Both the position numbers and the translations under genes were made by a program. A model generated the notes under the pieces. The model was not told the origin of the DNA. It searched no databases and worked only from the letters and a program-made list of their open reading frames with translations. DNA of 43,341 bases from Savitreella phatthalungensis (taxonomy: Eukaryota). Numbering within the stretch: position 1 is the first letter of the stretch; every line of letters begins with the position of its first letter. Below, piece by piece: positions 35,118-43,341 of this stretch. The DNA is taken from NCBI GenBank assembly GCA_051599415.1, contig AP039711.1, positions 186,001-229,341 on the forward strand, read 5' to 3'.

Positions 35118-35241
35118 CACCTCTTCTCCAATCATTCCGGTACGGACGCGTTCGAGTCAGGACCGTTCGAGTGCAACTACGGAGATCCCGTCACGTACGG
35201 GTGAGAGCAGAGCACTGAGCGGTACGCGAGACAGAACAACC

Positions 35242-36081
35242 ATGTCAGGAGCTAGCAGGGGACTGGCCTACCCGGAGTTCTCTGGAAATCCGCAGCAGCT
35301 CAAGGGTTTCCTGGCGCGACTTAAGATCCGATTGAACATCGACCAGGTCACAGATGAGTTCGAGAAGGTGAGCACAGCTTGTGGTTGCCTACAAGGGAAG
35401 GTTTACGACTGGGGGAACTCGGTGGCGGAGGCTACTACGGAGGGCAGGTGGCCTCTGGAGCTGGGAATCTCAAGCTTTGACTCATTTTGCAAAGTCCTAC
35501 GAGCAGAATACCAAGAGAAGGACGCCGCATGGGTCGCAGCAGTGCGACTGATGCACCTGAAACAGACCGGAACACTGACGGAATACAACGACGCATTCCA
35601 AGTCAACCGAGACAAGGTCGCCTGGAACGATCGGGCGCTTGCAGACCACTATCGAAACGGTCTTGCCCCGTGGATAGCAGAGCGATTGTCTACAGAGCCA
35701 CGGGAAAAGCTAGAATCGTTGACATCACTCCGAGAGGTTGTCAGAAAAATACAGGAGCACGAGACGGTGAACGCAATTCAACGAGCCGGCAGAGGTTCCG
35801 GACCCCGTGTCAAACCGGGGGAGGACTTGCGGAAGAGACTGGACGAGCCAAGAAAGAAGACTACCGAAGACTCGAACACGAAGGCGTCCGATGACGACGT
35901 CGTGCATGTTCAGATCGGTGCGGAAGATGGCGCGTCAAAGAAGAGAAAATACGAAGGCGAGGACGATAGGTCGAAACGTTATCGGGACTATCCTCCACGC
36001 GACTATTCCAACATGCGTTGTTACGCATGCAATGAACGGGGACATATTTCCACGTATTGTCCGACACGCACGGGAAACTAG
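35242..36081 (+). CDS. gag: Gag with CCHC zinc knuckle
   Basis: PEFSGNPQQLKGFL, LKQTGTLTEYNDAF, YRNGL, CYACNERGHISTYC. Confidence 0.93.
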   Translation: MSGASRGLAYPEFSGNPQQLKGFLARLKIRLNIDQVTDEFEKVSTACGCLQGKVYDWGNSVAEATTEGRWPLELGISSFDSFCKVLRAEYQEKDAAWVAAVRLMHLKQTGTLTEYNDAFQVNRDKVAWNDRALADHYRNGLAPWIAERLSTEPREKLESLTSLREVVRKIQEHETVNAIQRAGRGSGPRVKPGEDLRKRLDEPRKKTTEDSNTKASDDDVVHVQIGAEDGASKKRKYEGEDDRSKRYRDYPPRDYSNMRCYACNERGHISTYCPTRTGN

Positions 36082-39000
36082 AGAGGGTGGACGGACGGAC
36101 CGAGAGATGGTCGGAAGCTACAGTACTACGATCATCCGCCCCCCTTATCACATTCCCGGTCGAGATACAACTTGGAGACAAGACGGCAAGAGTGGAAGCG
36201 TTGATTGACTCAGGAGCATCGTGCAGTGGACTCGATGCAAAGTGGGTAAAGGAGATGGGCCTTCCGACGGAGAGGTGCGAGAAACCGATTCGAGTGACCG
36301 GAGCGGATGGACAACTCTTGAATGGAAGCGAGATTACATATCAGACACCACCAGCAAGGGTACGAATAGGCGACGAGATAGTCGAAGAGACGTTTCTCAT
36401 CACCGAGCTTGTGACGAAGTGTTTGCTTGGCTATACCTGGTTGGCAAAGGTCAATCCGATCATCAACTGGGCAGAACATACCATGCGCATCCGAGGCAAC
36501 ACGATTGTAGCCACACAGGTACACGAACCAGCGGACGGAGAACAAACGATAGCGGCACTGGAGTGGATTCCAACACAGGACAAGGATGACGAGACGTTCG
36601 AAAACGACCTAGCAGTCTATGACTCCTTGTTCGACCCAGCAGCACAGGACGCGCTACCCGAACGCACCGAGTTCGACCATCGTATTCAATTAAGGGTCGG
36701 GCCGGACAAGTACCCGGCACCGGCAAAGATCATACCGCTGAGTAGAGCGGAGGAGAGAGAGCTAGAGGAGTGGACGGCACTGAACCTGAAGCGTGGGTTC
36801 ATTGCACGCTCGGAAAGCTCGTTCGCGGCACCAGTATTCTTTGTGTCGAAGAAGGATGGCTCGAAACGTTTGGTTACAGATTACAGGGAACTCAACAAGG
36901 TTACGGAGAGAGACAGTTTCCCACTGCCACTGATTCCGAGCATCCTGAACAGGGTCGGAAAAGGCAAGGTCTTCTCTCAGCTCGACCTAAGAGGGGCATA
37001 TAACCTCGTACGCATCGCGGAGGGAGATGAACCGAAGACAGCGTTCCGAACACATCAGGGTTTATTCGAATACCGAGTGATGCCGTTCGGACTCATGAAC
37101 GCACCAGCAACGTTCCAGCGAATGATGAATGTCATTCTCGAACAAGAGATAGGGAAGTTCTGCGAAGTATATCTGGATGACATGATTATCTACTCGGAAA
37201 ATGAGGGCGACCACGCCGTTCACCTCAAGCAGGTCATGTCAAAGCTCGAACAGAACAAACTACTCGTGAAGAAGGAGAAGTGCCATTTCTACAAACCGGA
37301 AGTCGAGTTTCTGGGATACCGAGTGATGTACGGCTATATCGGCATGGCACCGTCGAAGATAGAGGCGGTAACGAGCTGGAAGGCACCGAACAACAAGAGA
37401 GCGATTCAACGATTTTTAGGATTCGCCAATTTCTATCGACGGTTTATCAGGAACTACACGATGATTGTGAAGCCGTTACAGGAACTTACGAAGAACATAC
37501 CTTTCAAATGGGGGAACGCGCAAGATGAGGCATTTCGGAAGCTGAAGACAGCATTTGTGCACGGCCCGATTTTGGCGCAATTCGACGTCGAGAAGGAGGT
37601 GTGGCTAGAGACGGACGCGTCGGACTTCGCGATCGCGGCGGTCTTTTCACAACAGCACGATGGACGATTACACCCGGTCTCATTCTTCTCCCGATCACTT
37701 TCAGACGCGGAAAGGAACTATGATGTACACGATAAGGAGCTCCTAGCGGTCGTGGCGGCATTTGGATACTGGAGGGTGTGGCTAACATGTGCGAAACAGA
37801 TCACGGTGGCTACGGACCACAGGAACCTGCTATACTTTTTCAACAAGGAAGTGTGGAAACAGCGCCATTGGAGATGGCGAGAGGTACTGGAGAGCTATCC
37901 GTTCAAGTTCCTATATCGTTCAGGGTCGCAACAGGTTGTTCCGGACGCCCTGTCGAGGAAGGAAGAACTGAAGAAACACAGATCGGATCCGGACGATGTC
38001 CCGGACAAGCCATTGTTCGAGACGAACCGATGGGAGGAGGTTAAGGACGGGAACGAGAGAAGCTTACGAGTGGCCATGATTCGAGCGAGCGAGCCAGAGG
38101 AGGAGGACGAACTGACACGAGACGAGTATTTTCAGGAGACGCCTGAAGAACTTCTCCGAATCGCGACGTCCTTCAATTCGGACTTTATCAGAGATCAACA
38201 ACAGATCCCCGGCACTACGATTGTGGAGGGGCTAGTGAAGAGGGGAGGACGCATAGTGGTTCCGGACCAGTTACGAATACGAGAGAGACTCATTGCGATG
38301 AGACACGATTTGCCGCTAGCAGCACACCGAGGCATTACGAAGACAGTGGAGCTACTACGGCGAGACTTCGAGTGGCCAGGATTGAGCGAAATGGTGAGCG
38401 ATTACGTACGCGGATGCGAGATTTGCAAGAGATCGGCCCCGAACAATCACCAGCCTTACGGACTACTCAACCCGTTGAAAATTCCGCGAGAATCTTGGCA
38501 GTGCATCGGAATGGACTTCATTGGACCATTACCGGTCTCCGAGGGCTACGATATGATACTGGTCGTCGTGGACAGGTTCAGCAAGATGGTGCACCTAGTG
38601 AAGGCGAAGGCGACCTGGACGACCGAAGATTTTGCTAGAGCCTTCATCGATGAGATCATACGTCTACATGGAATCCCCGAGGAGATCGTCAGCGATCGAG
38701 GACCGACCTTCCGATCCAGACTATGGGAGCAGATTTCGCGAAGACTACGAATCCGACTCAAACATTCAACAGCGTACCACCCGCAAACGAACGGGCAGAC
38801 GGAACGTACCAACGCGGTGGTCAAACAGGCGTTACGAGCATTCCTAGACTACAATCAGCAGACGTGGGCGCAATGGCTATCGGTGACCGAGTTCACGATC
38901 AACAATACAAAGAGCGAGGCGACGCAACAGACACCGTTCCGGGTTGTATACGGAAAAGACCCGAGGATGGATCTCGCCGAACTGGGAATAGACGAGGACG

Positions 39001-39554
39001 ATCCAAGATTCGAACCGCATGTGCATCATATCATGGAGATACAAGAACAGGTCAGATCGGAGCTAACGAAAGCACAGAAGCAACAGACGGAGGTTGCGAA
39101 CAGACGTCGCTTACAGACTCCGAAAATATTGGTGGGGGACAGAGTATGGGTGAACGCATCCAACTACCGATCGAGACGACCGAGCAAGTCCTTGGACTAC
39201 ACCAGATTGGGGCCCTATGAGGTCCTGGAGGTTCGCGAAAGAGACACCTTCGTCTTGGCGATCCCGAAGAACATGCGGATACACAACGTGTTCCATGCAT
39301 CAGCATTGGAGAAGCATCACGAGACAAACTACAACCGACCGAAGACAAGAAGAGTGAGAGAAGAAGGCATTACGAACGGCGAATACCCGCGAAGAATTAC
39401 ACAAATATTTGATTCCAGACCTAGCGGACGTTATGGACGACAGTACTTCGTCGAGTGGGATAGCGGTACCCCAGGAGACAGAACCTGGGAGAGAGAAGCG
39501 GACGTGAGAAGAGAGAACCCGAGATTACTAAGAGACTATCTGAATGGAGTCTAG
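36057..39554 (+). CDS. pol: Pol polyprotein: protease, RT, RNase H, integrase, chromodomain (made as a Gag-Pol fusion)
   Basis: ALIDSGAS; LDLRGAYN, MPFGLMNAP, YLDD; ETDASD, TDHRNL; HHCC plus MDF/SDRG/QTER; GPY; C-terminal QYFVEW...TWE chromodomain. Confidence 0.96.
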   Translation: MSDTHGKLERVDGRTERWSEATVLRSSAPLITFPVEIQLGDKTARVEALIDSGASCSGLDAKWVKEMGLPTERCEKPIRVTGADGQLLNGSEITYQTPPARVRIGDEIVEETFLITELVTKCLLGYTWLAKVNPIINWAEHTMRIRGNTIVATQVHEPADGEQTIAALEWIPTQDKDDETFENDLAVYDSLFDPAAQDALPERTEFDHRIQLRVGPDKYPAPAKIIPLSRAEERELEEWTALNLKRGFIARSESSFAAPVFFVSKKDGSKRLVTDYRELNKVTERDSFPLPLIPSILNRVGKGKVFSQLDLRGAYNLVRIAEGDEPKTAFRTHQGLFEYRVMPFGLMNAPATFQRMMNVILEQEIGKFCEVYLDDMIIYSENEGDHAVHLKQVMSKLEQNKLLVKKEKCHFYKPEVEFLGYRVMYGYIGMAPSKIEAVTSWKAPNNKRAIQRFLGFANFYRRFIRNYTMIVKPLQELTKNIPFKWGNAQDEAFRKLKTAFVHGPILAQFDVEKEVWLETDASDFAIAAVFSQQHDGRLHPVSFFSRSLSDAERNYDVHDKELLAVVAAFGYWRVWLTCAKQITVATDHRNLLYFFNKEVWKQRHWRWREVLESYPFKFLYRSGSQQVVPDALSRKEELKKHRSDPDDVPDKPLFETNRWEEVKDGNERSLRVAMIRASEPEEEDELTRDEYFQETPEELLRIATSFNSDFIRDQQQIPGTTIVEGLVKRGGRIVVPDQLRIRERLIAMRHDLPLAAHRGITKTVELLRRDFEWPGLSEMVSDYVRGCEICKRSAPNNHQPYGLLNPLKIPRESWQCIGMDFIGPLPVSEGYDMILVVVDRFSKMVHLVKAKATWTTEDFARAFIDEIIRLHGIPEEIVSDRGPTFRSRLWEQISRRLRIRLKHSTAYHPQTNGQTERTNAVVKQALRAFLDYNQQTWAQWLSVTEFTINNTKSEATQQTPFRVVYGKDPRMDLAELGIDEDDPRFEPHVHHIMEIQEQVRSELTKAQKQQTEVANRRRLQTPKILVGDRVWVNASNYRSRRPSKSLDYTRLGPYEVLEVRERDTFVLAIPKNMRIHNVFHASALEKHHETNYNRPKTRRVREEGITNGEYPRRITQIFDSRPSGRYGRQYFVEWDSGTPGDRTWEREADVRRENPRLLRDYLNGV
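36072..36141 (+). other. -1 programmed ribosomal frameshift signal
   Basis: G GGA AAC heptamer in gag frame directly before the TAG; pol is in the -1 frame; stem GGGTGGA (36085-36091) / TCCGCCC (36135-36141) after a 6-nt spacer. Confidence 0.8.
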
Positions 39555-39559
39555 AAATA

Positions 39560-40825
39560 CTAATGACGAGTACGGCGTAAAAAGTTGTTCACTGCTTTTT
39601 TGATGAGCCCGCGCCGACTACGCGGAAGGGACGAAGGATAGTCCAGACCACGTATGAGACAGTGGAGGGCTTCGCGTTGCCACGCACTTGAACGATTGAT
39701 AAAGTCAGAAGCCGCAGGAGAGACGTCCGGCCAGACAGGGCTTGTAGAAGGACGCCCTGCAGAAGGAGAAGTTGATTCGCCCAGCGCGAACGGAGACAGA
39801 GAGTTGTCCTCATTGAGATGAGTCACGTCTGCATTCCCAGATGGAAGCGTCAGAGAATGAGTACGAAGAGTATCGGAGTTCTCGAACGACGAGGAACCGG
39901 CAGGCGTGGGAGTGACCGCGCGATCAGAAGAGGGGGGAGCAGGCAGAGAGAGAGTGACGTCCTGACCAGAAGCCCCAGAGAGAAAAGAATCAGTAACCGT
40001 TTGAGAAGGACGAGGTGAGTGAACCGCAGAAGAGTAAGCCGGAAGAGTACCGGAAGGAAGAGAAGGGTTTACGACCTCGGTATTCGCCATGACAGAGAGG
40101 AGCGCGTCCCCTGAGAGCGGAGCAGGAAGATCACCGAGAGAGATTTGAGGCACATTAGGCCCAGCGAGACGGCGCCGAGCCTTCAAGGTATCTTGGAGCT
40201 CCTTGGTGGCGACTGCATTACTGCAGGAGCGATGCGCGAGATCGCAAGAGACGCAACAATTAGTTTTCCGAAGGTACGGCCGATAAAACGAGACGGGATA
40301 ACCCCAGATCTTCGCGCGGATGCAGGGCTGCATACAGACCACGAAGGGGCGTTCAGCGGTGTAGCCGGATGGAGGAGGACCGAATTGGAGTCGAGCGTTT
40401 ACCAGACGCTGCTGCCACTGCTGCAGCTCGCGCGGAGTGAGATCTAGACAGAGCTGGACCTGACCGGAGGGACACGGGGTGTCACGGAGAACCGTGATTT
40501 TCCCCGCATGAGGAGCTTCATTGCGGATGGCCGCGATTTCGTTCGCCGATAGCGACTCAATGGTGGCCTGCCCACGAGCGACACGGGTGACGGCATCAGC
40601 AGCAAGACGAGCGCGACGCTGTTGAGGAGTCTCGTTTACGGAACTCGCACGGCGAGTACGCGGAAGAGTAGCGGGCGCACGACGGCGTGGAGTCTGAGTA
40701 CGCACCGGTCCACCAGCGGAGCGCGACACAGGAGGTGTTGAATCGGCAGGAGCGGAGGAAGACGAGAGGACACTCAGGTTGGCATCGTCTTCAGAATCGT
40801 CAGAGTCGGGGAGTACGCGCGGCAT
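39560..40825 (-). CDS. Antisense accessory ORF of the retrotransposon (421 aa); unknown Cys-rich, possibly Zn-binding protein
   Basis: ATG-initiated ORF filling nearly all of the pol-3'LTR interval; its stop lies 5 bp from the pol stop; CMQPC...CCVSCDLAHRSC cluster. Confidence 0.7.
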   Translation of the reverse strand: MPRVLPDSDDSEDDANLSVLSSSSAPADSTPPVSRSAGGPVRTQTPRRRAPATLPRTRRASSVNETPQQRRARLAADAVTRVARGQATIESLSANEIAAIRNEAPHAGKITVLRDTPCPSGQVQLCLDLTPRELQQWQQRLVNARLQFGPPPSGYTAERPFVVCMQPCIRAKIWGYPVSFYRPYLRKTNCCVSCDLAHRSCSNAVATKELQDTLKARRRLAGPNVPQISLGDLPAPLSGDALLSVMANTEVVNPSLPSGTLPAYSSAVHSPRPSQTVTDSFLSGASGQDVTLSLPAPPSSDRAVTPTPAGSSSFENSDTLRTHSLTLPSGNADVTHLNEDNSLSPFALGESTSPSAGRPSTSPVWPDVSPAASDFINRSSAWQREALHCLIRGLDYPSSLPRSRRGLIKKAVNNFLRRTRH

Positions 40826-40851
40826 GGAGGACGCACTGCAATCGACGGCCT

Positions 40852-40862
40852 CTTATATATTG
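40852..40862 (-). promoter_or_regulatory. Putative TATA element for the antisense ORF
   Basis: Minus strand reads CCAATATATAAG about 27 nt upstream of ATG 40825, in otherwise GC-rich sequence. Confidence 0.45.
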
Positions 40863-40954
40863 GCTCTGAAACACACAGACGACGAAGCGATACGGACACG
40901 AGCACACAGGCTAGCACGCTGTTCTGCGCGTGGCCTGCCGGGGCGTCAGGCCTT

Positions 40955-40965
40955 GAGGTGGGGAG
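40955..40965 (+). other. Polypurine tract
   Basis: GAGGTGGGGAG directly abutting the 3' LTR. Confidence 0.85.
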
Positions 40966-41389
40966 TGTCGCGGAGGACGGCCGCAGGACCCGAGAGCGAC
41001 GGACGAAGCGACACGGACACGAGACAGACGACACAGGAGGACACAGACGGAGTCCACCGAAGAACACGGAGAGACACGAACGAGCACGAACAGACACGGA
41101 GGGACTACGAGAGATGGCTTAGACGATGGCACCCACCATGCTATATCTGATACATACCACAACCCTGCTGACGTGGCAGGTCGGTAGGGGAAGTACAAGA
41201 AGACGCGACACGCCGTACGGAGACGGCGTGCCAGATATCACCAATACCAGGACCTAGCACAGAACGATACTATTCGACAGCTCCATACGGGGCTACTATC
41301 TTGTCATACGTAGACCGAGTGATTGCGGAAGTGACGGCGTCGTGTACGAACCGTATACGATCGACCTGGGCCATCGACCGGCCGCGACA
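40966..41389 (+). repeat. 3' LTR
   Basis: 424-bp direct repeat of 34681-35104, followed by TSD CCCAT. Confidence 0.97.
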
Positions 41390-42102
41390 CCCATGCACTT
41401 CAAAGCAATGTGGTGCACATGCCAAGGTGATATATTGTTGTGAGACGAGACAACATGCTTGACGGCAGCAGCAGTCACAAGCAACCTTCGAGAGGAGTAT
41501 CAGAGCAGCAGCAGGGCCTGCAGAAGCAAGACTCGCATCAGCGAGGTGGCCATCTGCAGACATCAGCGTGGGCATCCGCAAGGATTAGCAAGCACCGGCG
41601 GGAAAGCAGCCATAGAATTCAGAGCAGGCGCAGAAGCAGAAGCCTCTCGAGAATTGACATCAAGAGAGGAAATTGGTCACCTCGAGGTTCCTCCACCTGT
41701 GGATGCAATCTTGGACCGGAAAACTGGCTCCGATGGGCGAGATATTCAGGCTTGCCGACCAAGACGCCCGACGACCTCGACAGTTAAGCCATGAACATAT
41801 TTTCGAATCACTTATGCACGCAGTCGGACGCAATATGCCTTGACGGGCCAAGTTTCATGGGTTTTAGTTGACTTCCATATGCAACAATCCTGAGATATTT
41901 GATCACAGGCAATTGGGAGCTCGTATCTATAAATAGTGAGGAGGCTATGCAGCACATGAGCTTTGCCTCGAGCACGCCTACACGCCTTTGACAAGAGCAG
42001 CAACCCAAAAGTGCTGTTCGGTTGTCGCCGAAGACGACGATCGTCGCTTGCGCTCCGTCGACCCATTTTGCTCCTGAGCTGACTACGTTGCTCTATCAAG
42101 GC

Positions 42103-43270
42103 ATGCCGTTGCACAGAGATGACGCAAAACGTCCGGCAACCCCATTCAGACGATCCAGTCGCATTCGAGCTCAACTTCCAGCGGGGTCTGATCATATGGG
42201 TCAGGAGTCTGCCGACTCTGCGCCGCTCAGCACTCCCACGCTGCCTGAGAACCGCACGACGACGAATGAAGACGCGCAACCGAGCGATTGCGACGATCAC
42301 AAGAGAACACACTACAAAGCGCGCGTTAATGTCGCCAGCCGGCCAGTGGATGTCGAAAAGCTTGATCGCTTTGCCGGCTGGTATGCGCAGCACAGAGATT
42401 CGCCGCTTTTAAGAATCGACCTCACTTCCAAAACGTGCGCCCGTCTGCTGAGCAACGAACGTGTCCGTTACGTGACGGGTTGGCCGACAGCCTACGACCA
42501 GTTTGCGTCGCTCACATCGACCATCGACGCGGACAAGCTAGACACTCTAGAGGCACGGCTGTCATGGTCACTCGATCAAGGTGAGCACGAAAATCCTTAC
42601 CACAACTTTTGGCAGGCATACCTTCAGCTTTTACTGAACAGCGATGCTTTCCGCGAAATTAGGGGCGCCTGTCACTTATTCGTCGGATGGGATGTGGAAA
42701 TCAAAACTCTCATGGATTCAGGGACTTTTGCCAGCGTCAAGCCGGACCTCACTGTCACAGCATTTTCGGCTGAGAAGACTTGGGTCAACCGCGTCTTGTT
42801 CTTGGCGGAAGTGAAATGCAGGTTAAGTTTTGATCATCAACACTTAGGTCAAGCTTTGGCACAACTGATAGCACTGCGGGAGCGAGACCGACGTAAGGGA
42901 CTCGAAATACCTGTATACCACAATCTGGCAATCTTCCAGCGCAGCGTGCGAATCATCTGCTGGCGTCCACGTCCAACCAGCGACCCCGTGAGCCGCGGAT
43001 CCCGGCGTCCACAAGGAGTCGTCACAATCTCGCCTCCTATATCGCTTGTGACCAGGGATGGGCATGACGAGCTTTTGCGCTGTCTCGCCGCTATCGTCGC
43101 TGTCAAACTCGAGCGAATCAGCACCCTCGAGACTGCCATGCCAGTGATTCAGGAATGGGTATGGGTTAGGGTTAGGGTTAGGGTTAGGGTTAGGGTTAGG
43201 GTTAGGGTTAGGGTTAGGGTTAGGGTTAGGGTTAGGGTTAGGGTTAGGGTTAGGGTTAGGGTTAGGGTTA
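42103..43270 (+). CDS. PD-(D/E)XK nuclease-like protein with no stop codon before the telomere (~353 aa then poly-VR)
   Basis: KPDLTV...FLAEVK...GQALAQL motif spacing; ATG at 42103; TATAAATA at 41928-41935; the frame continues as GTT AGG repeats. The track stop at 43296 lies in adapter sequence. Confidence 0.6.
43163..43270 (+). repeat. Telomeric array (GGGTTA)18, G-rich strand running toward the end
   Basis: 108 bp of perfect TTAGGG-type repeat, preceded by variant ATGGGT units. Confidence 0.97.
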
Positions 43271-43341
43271 GCTGTTCTCGCAAAGGCAGAAAGTAGTCTT
43301 AACCTTAGCAATACGTAACTGAACGAAGTAAGATAACAAAA
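43271..43341 (+). other. Untrimmed Oxford Nanopore native barcode and ligation adapter (artefact)
   Basis: GCTG + TTCTCGCAAAGGCAGAAAGTAGTC (barcode 06 as I recall it) + TTAACCTT + AGCAATACGTAACTGAACGAAGT matches the known end-of-read native-barcoding layout. Confidence 0.93.

Larger units (their letters stand above)
34681..41389 (+). mobile_element. Intact Ty3/Gypsy chromovirus-type LTR retrotransposon (6709 bp)
   Basis: Two 424-bp LTRs with TGTCGCGG...CCGCGACA termini; TSD CCCAT (34676-34680 and 41390-41394); gag, pol in PR-RT-RH-IN-chromo order, PBS and PPT. Confidence 0.97.

Noticed and set aside
35112..35129. Classical tRNA primer-binding site starting TGG
   Set aside because: The TGG lies 7 nt from the LTR end, farther than usual, and the perfect 11-nt self-complementarity explains the site better; not fully excluded.
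39690..39735. Kinase subdomain XI-like peptide WPDVSPAASDFINR in the antisense ORF
   Set aside because: No other kinase motifs are present; probably coincidental.
42844..43311. 155-aa poly-NP ORF on the minus strand
   Set aside because: It starts in adapter sequence and is just the C-rich telomere strand translated.
43163..43341. Interstitial telomeric repeat followed by unique DNA
   Set aside because: The downstream sequence is Nanopore barcode and adapter, so the array is terminal.

Overview
The last 43 kb of a fungal chromosome arm. The gene set (spo5-, ryh1-, pof10-like genes), short GT-AG introns with CTGAC branch points and TTAGGG telomeres suggest an ascomycete, possibly Taphrinomycotina (inference). 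Bases 1-31,040 are very compact housekeeping DNA: Spo5-like RRM protein, URA2/ura1 CPSase-ATCase, a 64-aa spliced microprotein missed by the ORF track, NEDD8-E1 subunit Ula1, DeoC, a MATE transporter with a 1-bp frameshift, divergent acl2/acl1, an OB-fold tRNA-binding protein, Rab6, a bHLH factor, an F-box/UIM protein, an Npr1-like kinase, an almost FG-less Nup49-like protein, Fip1 and a Zn2Cys6 factor. Bases 31,040-43,270 are subtelomeric. They hold four decayed LTRs (two fused into a ~520-bp fold-back, one solo LTR with an intact TSD) and one very young intact chromodomain Ty3/Gypsy element (34,681-41,389; CCCAT TSD; LTRs differ at 1 of 424 bp). This element has a self-priming PBS, a -1 slippery site and an extra 421-aa Cys-rich ORF on the antisense strand between pol and the 3' LTR. 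A PD-(D/E)XK-like ORF then runs without a stop codon into 18 telomeric repeats. The last ~70 bp are an untrimmed Oxford Nanopore barcode/adapter, not genome. The best candidates for new biology are the antisense-ORF retroelement with its neighbouring LTR fold-back and the telomere-fused nuclease-like ORF.
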